The notes beneath the pieces were generated by a model. That model was given only the letters and a program-made list of their open reading frames with translations. It was not told the origin of the DNA and made no database searches. 64,000 nt of DNA from Patescibacteria group bacterium (GTDB lineage: Bacteria; Patescibacteriota; UBA1384; XYA2-FULL-43-10; 1-14-0-10-43-13), in NCBI GenBank assembly GCA_041649155.1, contig JBAZNP010000001.1, positions 366,564-430,563 of the forward strand, read 5' to 3'. The position numbers and the translations under genes were made by a program. This document shows positions 28,776 to 39,200 of the stretch, piece after piece (the first letter of the stretch is position 1; every line of letters starts with the position of its first letter).

Positions 28776-29158
28776 AAATGAGTTACAAAAGAAAAAAACG
28801 AGCACTTATCGATTGGTTTCCTAAGCTTTCAGTTATAACATTTGTTTTTAGCCTCTTTGCCTTTTTGTTTCCGGATATTTTAAAATTTATCGACAACGCA
28901 CCATTGCTTTTCAATTTTTTCTTCGGTGTCGTTGTTCTGTCGGCTTTGGTGATCCTTTGGGACAGGAATAAACTTGCGGGAATCACATTTGTTATACTTG
29001 GTTTGTTATACGGGTTAATAACCTGGGACAGGCTTTTGGCTGTAAATACATTTTCGACTTCACTTTGGTTGATTTTCACCGGCCTCATGTTTTTGGTTTC
29101 AGAAGAAAATAGCCTTCCTGCTAGAAAGCTTGCAACTAAGAAAGTTGATAAAAACTGA
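28772..29158 (+). CDS. Hypothetical 4-TM membrane protein
   Basis: Four hydrophobic segments, overlaps sod stop. Confidence 0.7.
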   Translation: MKMSYKRKKRALIDWFPKLSVITFVFSLFAFLFPDILKFIDNAPLLFNFFFGVVVLSALVILWDRNKLAGITFVILGLLYGLITWDRLLAVNTFSTSLWLIFTGLMFLVSEENSLPARKLATKKVDKN

Positions 29159-29187
29159 TAGTCTTTGGCAGCATAAATTTATTTAAA

Positions 29188-29300
29188 AGATCCCTCGACT
29201 TCACTCGGGATGACAATAAAATAGGTTGCCACGGTCTCCGTAGCGACCTCGCAATGACAAAAAAAGAACCATGATTCATGATTCTTAATTCATAATTCTA
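29188..29300. repeat. Two GTCAT-type half elements and ATTCATG heptamer tract
   Basis: AGATCCCTCGAC..CGGGATGACA; TTGCCACG..CTCGCAATGACA; CATGATT CATGATT CTTAATT CATAATT. Confidence 0.7.
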
Positions 29301-29306
29301 GTGAAT

Positions 29307-29837
29307 TTACTCAATGCAACAATCGATGGCTTTTTTGACTACGCCTCGAAGTTTTCCCATTATGCCGGTCTTTTCTGTATCCTTTTTGTTGAGAGCTTTT
29401 TCGTCGATCTTTTGGATATTTTTAGTATCGACAATGTCCATATTTACACCCCAGAAGAGGGAGTAAAGGTCGAATGCTTTTTTAAATAAATCTTCCGCAT
29501 CTTTCTTTTTGCCTTGGCCAAGCATCTTGGTTCCAACTTCCTCCAGTCTCATTGAAGCGGCTAAAAGATGTTTTGAAATGCACCAGACTTCACCTTCGGA
29601 GTCTTTGATGATTTTCTTAAGAAGATCCTTTCGCATTTCCCGCACTTCTTTTAAAAGATCAAGATATTCAGATTTACCTGTTTTTTGTTGAGTGAAAAAG
29701 AAATGTTCCTCAATGGAGACTAAGTTCATTATCGCTATTGATAGGTCTTGATCGGCCGAAAGATCTAATGGATTTTTCTTTTTTGCATCATCGACTTTTT
29801 CGACTAGGTCTTTATAGTTTTTTAGATTATTTTTCAT
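29307..29837 (-). CDS. Helical hypothetical protein with WC and terminal CC motifs
   Basis: EEHFFF, WCISKHLL, IDCCIE. Confidence 0.75.
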   Translation of the reverse strand: MKNNLKNYKDLVEKVDDAKKKNPLDLSADQDLSIAIMNLVSIEEHFFFTQQKTGKSEYLDLLKEVREMRKDLLKKIIKDSEGEVWCISKHLLAASMRLEEVGTKMLGQGKKKDAEDLFKKAFDLYSLFWGVNMDIVDTKNIQKIDEKALNKKDTEKTGIMGKLRGVVKKAIDCCIE

Positions 29838-29839
29838 AT

Positions 29840-29920
29840 CGTCATCCCATACTTGATACGGGATCCAGAAATTAATTATTTATATAGATTCCAGATCTCA
29901 AGCTGCAGTCTGGAATGACG
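29840..29920. repeat. GTCAT-tagged palindrome pair
   Basis: CGTCATCCCATACTTGATACGGGATCCA ... TAGATTCCAGA..TCTGGAATGACG. Confidence 0.75.
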
Positions 29921-29926
29921 GTTGTA

Positions 29927-30433
29927 TTATTTTGTTAAAAAATAAAACACCATGCTTAATATTACAAGTGGTGATATGGGCAGTACCACTTTTTCAAAGG
30001 GAAAGTGAGCTTTACCGTTCTTGTTTTTGAAATATTTATATAAAATTGCTCCTGAAAAGAAGAAGAAACTGCCGATAATAATTCCTAAAACAAGTTTGTC
30101 TAATCCCCAGTAAGTATTGAACGGATGACCAATAATTTCTTTAATATATAGAGGAATTACAACGGAAGCGTAATATATAGCGGTTACAATAAACGGAGCA
30201 CCCTTAAAATACCATTTTTTTTGTTTGAGCCAATTGATAGTCCATGCGGAAACAGACATGAGAATTCCGCCGATCCAAAGTCCGGAAATTGTGTCATCTA
30301 TTCCTAGCCAGCGGGAAAGCCCTAAACCTGCCACGACCCCAACAGTGCAGACGGGACACACGGCCCGAGCTATGCTCGGAAGAAACAAGAAACAAGAAAC
30401 AAGAAACAAATATTTTGTGATTTTATTGTGCAT
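29927..30433 (-). CDS. Membrane protein with N-terminal CPVC motif
   Basis: Signal peptide, AVCPVCT, 4-5 TM segments. Confidence 0.8.
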   Translation of the reverse strand: MHNKITKYLFLVSCFLFLPSIARAVCPVCTVGVVAGLGLSRWLGIDDTISGLWIGGILMSVSAWTINWLKQKKWYFKGAPFIVTAIYYASVVIPLYIKEIIGHPFNTYWGLDKLVLGIIIGSFFFFSGAILYKYFKNKNGKAHFPFEKVVLPISPLVILSMVFYFLTK

Positions 30434-30872
30434 TAATCTTTAAATTAAGAAAGTTTTCAATTTCCACTTCGCCGACATAACATTTTGAAGCTGAACCATC
30501 AAACAATAATGGCACGCCAAGTTCGTCTTCTGGAATCTTGCAAATAGCAGCCTTTTCTTTCATGACCGCTGCATTTTCTTTGTTGTACCAAATTTCTTTA
30601 AAATCAAGTTGAATTTTTTCATCAATTTTGTTTGTTTTAATATATTCCTCCACTTTTTTACAATGAGAACAGCCATCGCCGACAAAAAGGATAATATCGC
30701 TGCCAGGAGTTGATTTTATACTGGAAGCGCCCGCAACTTTTCCGTTATCGTCTTGTTGGCTCTGACTCTGATCATTATCTGCTGTTTTATTTGAGTTTTT
30801 ACTTCTTACGATACCCCACACACCTGCTGCAACGATGAGCACGATCGCAACAAAAAGCAACGCTTTTTTCAT
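30423..30872 (-). CDS. Membrane-anchored thioredoxin/glutaredoxin-fold protein
   Basis: N-terminal TM, CSHC, cis-Pro loop GVPLL. Confidence 0.85.
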   Translation of the reverse strand: MKKALLFVAIVLIVAAGVWGIVRSKNSNKTADNDQSQSQQDDNGKVAGASSIKSTPGSDIILFVGDGCSHCKKVEEYIKTNKIDEKIQLDFKEIWYNKENAAVMKEKAAICKIPEDELGVPLLFDGSASKCYVGEVEIENFLNLKINAQ

Positions 30873-31037
30873 GTTTATCTCCTAGTAAGTTATTGACAGC
30901 TTCGATTATGCCTACTTTTTCGAGAAAATACAACACTTTAATTTGACAACATTTTATGATACTCTAATTTGAGATGGTTTCACGTCATAATTTTGTGTTT
31001 TAGAGCGTGAAAGCATTAAAAAAAGTTGATAAAATCT

Positions 31038-31131
31038 GGAGAGGTCGCATAGTGGCCTAGTGCGCTGGTTTGCTAAACCGGTATATGGTCTAATCACCGT
31101 ATCGAGGGTTCGAATCCCTCCCTCTCCGCCA
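31038..31131 (+). tRNA. tRNA-Ser(GCT)
   Basis: CTGGT-TTGCTAA-ACCGG, long variable arm, CCA. Confidence 0.95.
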
Positions 31132-31286
31132 GTAAATGTTGCCCAGAATGGGCGATATTTACTGGCGAAAGAAGATTCGAACAGGGAAGGGGTCGGGAAA
31201 CGGGAGTTTCCCGTGCAGGAAAATACTAAAAACCGTCGGTTTTTAGAAGGAGCAACGCTCCGCTCGAGATCCCTCCTTCTCCGCCA
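31132..31286 (+). mobile_element. tRNA 3'-associated miniature element, copy 2
   Basis: Near-identical to 16412-16560; ends ATCCCTCCTTCTCCGCCA, copying the tRNA 3' end with one mismatch. Confidence 0.7.
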
Positions 31287-31292
31287 AAAAAT

Positions 31293-31364
31293 TAGATAAC
31301 AGAACACAGATATCAGATAACAGAATGATTACTATGCTATCTGTTTGGCTGTTATCTGTATTCT
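31293..31364. repeat. Gene-less inverted CAGATAA heptamer pair
   Basis: TAGATAA CAGAACA CAGATAT CAGATAA CAGAATG ... CTATCTG..CTGTTATCTGTATTCT. Confidence 0.75.
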
Positions 31365-31382
31365 TAACACAAGGGAGGGTTT

Positions 31383-31886
31383 ATGGCCGAAGTTAAAGCT
31401 AAGATGGCGCCCAAATTTAATCCAGAAGGCAGTAAACCGGTTTTCACCTGGATAGCGCCGGAGTTTATTCGATATAAAAAGACCGCCAAATGGTTTGTTG
31501 CTGTTTTGCTTGCAGGGATTGTTCTTGGTTTTATATTTGCAAAACAAGGACAGTGGAGCAGTGTCGCGCTTGTGGGTACGGCTGTTATTGTTTTTACAAC
31601 TTTGTCAGGGGCTAAGCCTAAAAAGATTACTTCTGCCTTATATCAGGATGGAGTTGTGACAGATGGTAAGGTCTTTGATTTTACTCAGTTTAAATCCTTT
31701 TGGCTTGAAGCTGGAGAGTTGCCCAAGGCTAAATTGCAGCTTCTCGGACGTTTTGCCGGACAGGTGACATTGCCAATATTTGACATTGATCCAGAGCAAG
31801 TTCGCTTATTTCTTTCAAAGCATTTGCCTGAAGAAAACAGAGGACCTGATTTAATTGATGAAATAAACAGGTTGATGAGATTTTGA
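31383..31886 (+). CDS. Hypothetical 2-TM protein with PH-like C-terminal domain
   Basis: WIAPEF, two TM, QFKSFWL, FLSKHLPEE. Confidence 0.75.
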   Translation: MAEVKAKMAPKFNPEGSKPVFTWIAPEFIRYKKTAKWFVAVLLAGIVLGFIFAKQGQWSSVALVGTAVIVFTTLSGAKPKKITSALYQDGVVTDGKVFDFTQFKSFWLEAGELPKAKLQLLGRFAGQVTLPIFDIDPEQVRLFLSKHLPEENRGPDLIDEINRLMRF

Positions 31887-32007
31887 TAGAAATGGATAGC
31901 GAATTTGAACCAATAGCCAATATATGAATAATTCCTCTCCTTTTGAAGGAGGTTAATATTAGTAAATTCGCCATTAGTACAGATTAGTTATTCATTTGTG
32001 TTGTTTT

Positions 32008-32083
32008 GCCCGCGTAGCTCAGTGGATAGAGCGCACGGTTGCGGTCCGTGAGGCCACAGGTCCGATTCCTGTCGCGGGTACCA
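32008..32083 (+). tRNA. tRNA-Arg(GCG)
   Basis: CACGG-TTGCGGT-CCGTG, T-loop TCCGATT, CCA. Confidence 0.92.
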
Positions 32084-32168
32084 TTCGACTCGATATTAAA
32101 GACGAGCAATCGTCTTTTTTGATTGGTAGCAATTGATTATATGTGCGCAAGTGTGTATCATTTTACCT

Positions 32169-33443
32169 ATGAATGAATATAAATTGACTAAATTGAAAAA
32201 TGGACTCCGGCTGCTTCTGGTGCCGAGGAAAGCGTCTGAAGTTGTGACGGTGATGGTAATGTTTAAAGTGGGTGGCCGATACGAGACGGAGGAAATGGCC
32301 GGAATTTCCCATGTATTGGAGCACATGCACTATAAGGGCACGCCAAAGCGGCCAAGCGGGTTAAAAGTCGCCGAATTTATCGAATCAATCGGCGGAGAGC
32401 ACAACGCTTTTACCGGTAAAGAATGCACTGGATATCATGCAAAAGTAGCGCCAAAACATTTGGAAAAAGCTTTTGATTTTCTGTCTGACCTACTTTTAAA
32501 TTCTTTGTTTAAACCGGAGGATTTAGAGCGTGAAAAACAGGTTATTCTTCAAGAAATTGATATGTATGAGGATCTGCCAATGCAAATAGTGGGGAATAAA
32601 TTCGAAGAGGCCGTTTTTGGCAAGAACGCATTGGGCAGAGACGTAATTGGCTACAAAAAGACAGTGCAGGCTCTTTCGAGAGGTGATTTGGTCAAATATC
32701 GCTCAAAGCATTATTCTGCCTCAAATGCCGTATTGGCGCTTGCGGGTAATTTTGGCGATTTAAGTGAAGACGAAATTGAAAATTTAGCCGAGAAATATTT
32801 TAGCTTTAATCATAATCAAGAAGAATCTTTACCTAGTGTTAATATTCCGGACAAGGGCGGCGAAAATATTATAGAGAAAAAGACCGAACAAAGTCATGTA
32901 GTCGTAGGCTTCAGAACTGTTCCTCTCTCTCATCCTGACTATCATAAACTGGAAATGCTTGCCTTGATTCTGGGCGGTTCAATGAGCTCAAGAATGTTTG
33001 AGGAAATTCGTGAAAAGCGAGGATTGGCCTATGCTGTTCGAACATCGACTGCTAACTATATCGAAGCTGGATTTCTAGAAACTCAGGCTGGAGTGCCTCA
33101 CGATAAGATTGACGAAACCATTGAGGCCATAATGGGTGAGTATAAAAAGATGAAAACCGAAAAAGTTGAGCCTTCCGAGCTTCAAAAAGCAAAGGAAATT
33201 GTGTACGGGAAGATGTTGATTAAGTTCGAAGACTCCGAGGAATTGGTTTATCACTATGCTTCAGATGAACTTTTTCTAGAAAAGATCGATACACCTGAAG
33301 AACTGGCCAAGATTTACCAAAATATTACAGCTGATGATATAATGGAAGTAGCGAATAAATATTTCACCAAGGATCGTCTTGGAATTGCATTTATCGGTCC
33401 AAAGTTTGACAAGGAAAAAATAGGGGAACTGCTAACAATTTAA
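32169..33443 (+). CDS. M16 family Zn peptidase
   Basis: HVLEH inverted Zn motif, SSRMFEEIREKRGLAY. Confidence 0.93.
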   Translation: MNEYKLTKLKNGLRLLLVPRKASEVVTVMVMFKVGGRYETEEMAGISHVLEHMHYKGTPKRPSGLKVAEFIESIGGEHNAFTGKECTGYHAKVAPKHLEKAFDFLSDLLLNSLFKPEDLEREKQVILQEIDMYEDLPMQIVGNKFEEAVFGKNALGRDVIGYKKTVQALSRGDLVKYRSKHYSASNAVLALAGNFGDLSEDEIENLAEKYFSFNHNQEESLPSVNIPDKGGENIIEKKTEQSHVVVGFRTVPLSHPDYHKLEMLALILGGSMSSRMFEEIREKRGLAYAVRTSTANYIEAGFLETQAGVPHDKIDETIEAIMGEYKKMKTEKVEPSELQKAKEIVYGKMLIKFEDSEELVYHYASDELFLEKIDTPEELAKIYQNITADDIMEVANKYFTKDRLGIAFIGPKFDKEKIGELLTI

Positions 33444-33456
33444 ATTGGATAACACT

Positions 33457-34068
33457 ATGGAAGAAAAAAAAGAACTAGATAAAAATGTTGCTATTCAGCG
33501 CACTTTTGTAATGATAAAGCCTGACGGCGTCCAAAGGGGATTAATCGGCGAGGTAATTGCCCGGTTTGAAAAGCGTGGCCTGAAAGTCATTGGATTAAAA
33601 ATGGTTAAACCATCAATAGAACACTTGAACGACCATTATCCAAAAGATGAAGAGTGGATCGAGCGACTGGGCGGAAAAGGCTTTACCGTTTTTGAAGAGT
33701 ATGGATTCGACCCCATAGACGTTATGGGAACTTCAGATAAAAAGGAAGCCGGTAAGATGGTTCGGGAGTGGCTGATGAATTACATGACTGAAGCCCCGGT
33801 TATTGCTATGGTGGTCGAGGGAATACACGCTGTAGATATGGTCAGAAAAATAGTCGGTTCAACTCTGCCAAATAAGGCAGAAATCGGCACGATTAGAGGG
33901 GACTATTCAGTCGATTCCCCTGCCTCTGCTAATTTAAACAAGAGAGCGGTAAAAAACTTAATTCATGCTTCTGAAAAAGCAGATGAAGCTGAACAGGAAA
34001 TTGCTCATTGGTTTTCTGAGGAAGAAATTTACGACTATAATCGGGCGGATCACGCGGCAATGTTCTAA
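33457..34068 (+). CDS. ndk: Nucleoside diphosphate kinase
   Basis: TFVMIKPDGVQRGLIGE, GTIRGDY, NLIHAS. Confidence 0.95.
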   Translation: MEEKKELDKNVAIQRTFVMIKPDGVQRGLIGEVIARFEKRGLKVIGLKMVKPSIEHLNDHYPKDEEWIERLGGKGFTVFEEYGFDPIDVMGTSDKKEAGKMVREWLMNYMTEAPVIAMVVEGIHAVDMVRKIVGSTLPNKAEIGTIRGDYSVDSPASANLNKRAVKNLIHASEKADEAEQEIAHWFSEEEIYDYNRADHAAMF

Positions 34069-34071
34069 TTA

Positions 34072-34331
34072 CTAGAATTATGAATTTAGAATCTTGAATT
34101 ATGGATTTTAAATAATAATGCCAATTTATTGCTGTCATTTCGACTCCTCAACTTTGTTCGAGGGCAGACCTGCCTGCCGGCAGGCAGGGAAATCTTATAT
34201 AAATTAAAAAATTATTATCAAAAGATCCCTCCGTTTCAGTCGGGATGACAAAGTGACAGTCGGGATAACAATTTGGACGAGTAATTAATACGTTTTTTCA
34301 TGATTCATTATTCATGATTCGAGATTCTAAT
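34072..34331. repeat. Inverted heptamer tracts enclosing a GTCAT element with nested 20-bp palindrome
   Basis: ATGAATT-type tract 34072-34108, element 34133-34250, ATTCATG-type tract 34298-34330. Confidence 0.75.
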
Positions 34332-34333
34332 TT

Positions 34334-35458
34334 ATGAATTATTTTATTCCATTCTCATCTGCACTTGTTATTTCAATGATATTGACGGGCTTTTTGCGTA
34401 ATGTCGGAGTGAGATACGGTTTAATGTCGACTCCACGGGCAAGAGACATTCACAAAAAGCCGGTTCCACGTATTGGCGGATTGGCGATTTTCTTCTCCTT
34501 CCTTGTTATCTCTCTAATCTCATTTGGAGCAATCTCTAATGGATTTTCTTTTCATTCCGGAGAATGGTTCGGCATGGATAAGCACATTGCCAGCATCCTT
34601 TTGGGCGGAGTATTTATTTCTCTCCCCATGCTTTTGGACGATATTTTTGGTCTTAAAGCTTGGCAAAAACTCATCTTCCAGCTCATTGCCACATTCATAA
34701 TTATTGCCTCGGGCATCGGGATAGACACACTGGCCAACCCTTTCGGTGAAGCTATTAATCTCAATTCTGTTTATATTCCGCTACTGACTTTTCGTGGCGT
34801 TGTTTATCATTTTTCACTATGGTCCGATCTTTTAACTTTAATCTGGATGATAGGGATGATGAATGTTATTAATTTTATTGACGGTGTTGATGGATTGGCT
34901 GGAGGCGTCTCGGCGATTGCCTGTTTTACGATTTTTCTGCTTTCAATAAGTTTAGCCGTAAATCAGCCATCAGTTGCCTTGATGTCGATCATTTTGGCTG
35001 GTTCATGCGTTGGCTTTTTGGTTTGGAATTTTCCGCCGGCAAAAATATTTATGGGGGACACCGGAAGCGCCTTTCTTGGCTTTATGCTTGGAGTTTTACC
35101 TTTAGTTTCCGGCGGCAAGCTCGCCACTGCTTTTTTGGTCCTAGGATTTCCAATAATTGATGGGCTTTTAGTTTCTGCCGGCAGGATTTATCGCAGGGAA
35201 AATCCATTTACTACTCCTGATAAAACTCATTTGCATCATCGTTTTTTAAGAGCAGGTTTTTCTTCAAGACGAGCTATATTATCTATCTACATTATTTCTG
35301 CTGCATTCGGATGGGTTGCTTTGAGGTCAACAACGCAGAACAAAATGATTGCTGCTATTGTATTGATTTTGTTATTGGTAGCGATTACAAGAATACTAAA
35401 TTATTTAGCAGCCAGAAAATCATTAGGACACAAGAGACAAGAAGCAATCACCAAATAA
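34334..35458 (+). CDS. MraY/WecA/TagO family polyprenyl-phosphate sugar-1-phosphate transferase
   Basis: PRIGGLAI, NFIDGVDGLA, FMGDTGS, HLHHR. Confidence 0.9.
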   Translation: MNYFIPFSSALVISMILTGFLRNVGVRYGLMSTPRARDIHKKPVPRIGGLAIFFSFLVISLISFGAISNGFSFHSGEWFGMDKHIASILLGGVFISLPMLLDDIFGLKAWQKLIFQLIATFIIIASGIGIDTLANPFGEAINLNSVYIPLLTFRGVVYHFSLWSDLLTLIWMIGMMNVINFIDGVDGLAGGVSAIACFTIFLLSISLAVNQPSVALMSIILAGSCVGFLVWNFPPAKIFMGDTGSAFLGFMLGVLPLVSGGKLATAFLVLGFPIIDGLLVSAGRIYRRENPFTTPDKTHLHHRFLRAGFSSRRAILSIYIISAAFGWVALRSTTQNKMIAAIVLILLLVAITRILNYLAARKSLGHKRQEAITK

Positions 35459-35562
35459 TATCCAATTTTCAATAATCAAATTTTAAACAAACATGTTCCG
35501 GATATTGAGTTTTTGAGTATTGAAATTTGTTTGTGTCTTGTAACTTGTTTCTTGTATCTTTT
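35428..35562. repeat. Inverted composite heptamer tracts overlapping the gene 3' end
   Basis: ACAAGAG/TCAAT-type units mirrored by ATTGA/CTTGT-type units. Confidence 0.6.
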
Positions 35563-35598
35563 TGCACACATTTATTTTTTTCTGTTAAACTATTAAGT

Positions 35599-36081
35599 AT
35601 GGAAAAAAGTTTTTCATTTAGTGGACAGAGAGAGGGAGAAAAGGTTGTAAGCGTGGTTAAAAATCACCCTTTTGTTTTTCTTTTCCCTGGGTTGAAGTCA
35701 GTTCTTTTTTTAGTGGTGGGAATTGCAGTTTATTTGTTCTGGCCCAGCCAGTATTCGGGAATGGTCTTATTCATTACCATTCTCATAGGCTTAGGAATAT
35801 TCTTCAGAACTTATTTTGATTATAGTCAGAGTGTTTTTGTGATTACTAACCAACGGATTATTAACGTCGATCAGGACGGGTTTTGGAAGAGAAAAATAAC
35901 TGAAACGGAGATCGACAAAATACAAGATGCTGCTTCTGAAACATCGGGAATGCTTAGAACTATGTTTAAGTTTGGTGATTTGGTGATTCGAACTGCCGGT
36001 GTGAGCCAGGGGAGTGAAATTCGTGTTAAAAATATTGCAAACCCTTATCAGGTTCAACAAAAAATCGTTTCTATAAAATAG
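35599..36081 (+). CDS. Membrane protein with bacterial PH domain
   Basis: Two TM, VITNQRII, KIQD, FGDLVIRTAG. Confidence 0.85.
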   Translation: MEKSFSFSGQREGEKVVSVVKNHPFVFLFPGLKSVLFLVVGIAVYLFWPSQYSGMVLFITILIGLGIFFRTYFDYSQSVFVITNQRIINVDQDGFWKRKITETEIDKIQDAASETSGMLRTMFKFGDLVIRTAGVSQGSEIRVKNIANPYQVQQKIVSIK

Positions 36082-36098
36082 TTCTGATAACTCATTAC

Positions 36099-36209
36099 TG
36101 TCATCCCGACCAGAGTGGAGGGATCTTTAATGTGTCTAATCATAAGATTTCCCTGCCTGCCGGCAGGCAGGTCCGACCGTTAGACAAAGCTCATGGGGTC
36201 GAAATAACA
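36099..36209. repeat. GTCAT-tagged bipartite palindrome with nested 20-bp palindrome
   Basis: Reverse-orientation relative of 13357-13443; insert at 36152-36171. Confidence 0.85.
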
Positions 36210-36224
36210 AGTAAACGGATATGT

Positions 36225-39200
36225 TTATACACAAATCACGTTGTCTTTGCCAACGAGTTCTTTTAGTTTTCTAAGCACAATCGGACTTATTTCAACCTTA
36301 TTCTTGACGGCGATTTCTTTGTAGGCGCCGTCATCGGCTGGAATTTTGATTGTAACTTTTGATTCTCCTGAATGAGAAGTTAAGATTTCCCTGACTTCCA
36401 TTAGAATTTCACGACTGGCATTTTCCGGCATGGTCACGCATAAATTTTGAGCGATTTTTGGCACACCGTTACTGAAAGTTCTGGAGCCGGAGTTTGCTGT
36501 AGTCCCTCCTGAAGAATATTTATTACCTCCATTTTGTCCGTATTGCCCGAAGTTTCTTCTCTTTTGTTCTTTGGGGACAAATTCCGGCAGGATGGTTTTT
36601 TCGCCTATTTCAAAAACCTCTTCAGCTAAAATTTTTGGTGAGCCGTCTTTAAAACTAACAAATCCTTCAACGGCAATTATTTTGTCGTTAACCCACATTG
36701 CCTCGTTGCCTTCAAGGAGTTTTGGGAAAACCAGTATCTCCACCTTGGCACTCAAGTCTTCGATCTTAGCAAAAATCATCTTTTGATTTTTTCGGGTCAA
36801 TATCTTTTGAATAGTTGTAATTATTCCGGAAACTCGTACATATTGGTTCTCCAGATTGTCTTTAATCTCCAATAGGCTATGGCTTCTGTGAGGCTCAATC
36901 AGATGCCCAACGCCGGAAAGTGGGTGTTCTGAGACATACATACCTAAGAGTTCTCGTTCCCACGATAGTCGTTGTTTCTTGTCGGCTGGCTTAGTCCTTT
37001 CCATTTTAATATCAGCCATTTCGATTGCATCTGCTCCGCCAAAAAGAGAAGTTTGACTGGAGTTGCTATTTTTTTGATAAGCGGAAGCGTAGGCAAGAAT
37101 ATTCTCCATATTGTAAACAATTTCAGCTCTTTCGCCCAAATCGTCGAGAGCGCCCGCCATAGCAAGAGCCTCGAGAGATTTTTTATTAATTACTTTCCCG
37201 TCGAGGCGGGTAATAAAATTTCTTAGGTCAGTGAAAGAACCGTTTTTTCTCTCTTTTACAATAAATTCTGCAACGGCAACGCCCACGTTTTTAATGGCTG
37301 AAAGACCGAAACGTACGTTGTTGCTTTCTTTTACCACGCCGAAATCTTCGAAAGACTCATTAACAGAAGGCGGTAAAACTTTAATGCCCATTCGTTCACA
37401 TTCGGCAATATCAATAGCAAGTTTATCGAGATCATCCTTGTTTGAAGTCATCAAAGCGGCCATGAACTCTGAAGGATAATGTGCTTTTAGGTAGGCGGTC
37501 TGATAAGCAATGTAGGCGTAGCAGGCAGCATGAGATTTATTGAAAGCGTACTGGGCAAAATCCTGCATTGCTACATAAAGATCTTCGGCAATTGATCTGT
37601 CAACGTCGTTTTTGACGCAGCCTTCAATAAACTCTTTACCCATTTTCTCCATCAGCTCTTTGATTTTTTTACCAATGGCTTTTCTTAAGGAATCGGCCTG
37701 ACCTCCGGTAAAGCCGGCCATATCCTTTGACATCTGCATTACTTGTTCCTGATAAACAATAATGCCGTAAGTGTTCTCAAGAGCCGCTTTTGCCTTGGGA
37801 TGAGCGTAGGTTACCTGTTTTCTGCCATGCTTTCGGTCAATAAACTCCTGAATCCATTGCATTGGGCCGGGACGATAGAGGGCGACCATGGCGATAATGT
37901 CCTCAAAAACAGATGGTCGCAGCTCTTTTAAGTATCGTTTCATGCCGTCCGATTCCAGCTGGAAGACACCAGTTGTTTCAGCTCGTGATAACAATTTATA
38001 CGTGTCTTTATCCTTGAAATCGATCTTATCGATATCAAAATCTGGTACCTTAGTTTTCTTAATAATTCGGACCGCGTTTTGAATGATGGTTAAGTTCGAC
38101 AAGCCCAAAAAGTCAAATTTCAGGAGGCCAAGGTGCTCAATCGGGGTCATTGAATATTGGGTAACAGTTGAAATGTCTCCCTTCGTCGCTTCCTGAAGTG
38201 GACAATATTCTGTCAGGGCATCTTTTGAGATTACAACGCCTGCAGCGTGCATGGAAGCATGACGAACAACGCCTTCAAGCTTGGTTGCGATATCGATACA
38301 TTCTTTGACCTGAGCATTGCTGTTATATATTTCCTTGAGCTCAGAAACAGTCTCAAGTGATTTTCCAAGCATCTCTCCCTGAGGGATTAGCTTGGCAATC
38401 ATGTCGACTTCGCCATAGCTCATGCCAAGAACTCTGCCTACGTCACGAACTGCCATTCGGGCAGCCATTGTTCCGAAGGTGATAATCTGGCCAACGTGAT
38501 CACGGCCGTAGTGTTTCGATACATATTCAATCACCTCATGTCGTCTTGAATCGGCAAAATCGGTATCAAAATCGGGCATGGAGATACGATCGGGGTTTAA
38601 AAATCGCTCAAACAGAAGATTGTAAGCAAGGGGATTGAGATTGGTGATATTAAAAGCGTAAGCAATGATTGACCCTGCCCCTGAGCCTCTTCCTGGCCCA
38701 ACTGATATTTTCTGATCCTTTGACCATTGAATAAAATCAGCCACGATCAAAAAGTAGCCCTGATAGCCCATCTTGGTAATGACGCTCAGCTCATATTTGT
38801 ACCTGTCCCAGACGCTCTCTTCTATTCTCAATTCCTCAAATGTCGGCTCTCTGTCTTTGGGTAAATCTTCCTTTTTGATTGGTTCTGAGCCATATCGCCA
38901 GTTGAGGCCCAAATAAGCTTTTTCCTTGAAAAAGCTATCCAAAGTATAGCCTTCCGGTACGGGAAAGTCCGGAATAATAATGCCGCCGAGATCAAGCTTT
39001 AAGTTGCATTTTTCGGCTATTTCGAGAGTGTTGGTAATGGCTTCGGGGTGATCGGAGAAATTTTTGGCCATTTCTTCTGTTGAAAGCATTGATAAATCGA
39101 AATCCATCAGAGTTAGCCGGTTAGTTTCGCTCATTTGGCGAGACGTCTGCAGACAAATTAAAGCATCTTGGGCAATGTTATCATCGGAATTAACGTAGTG

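Noticed and set aside
16412-31286. One 15-kb island between the two tRNA-Ser repeats
   Set aside because: Each tRNA has its own local duplication; the intervening genes are ordinary and there is no integrase
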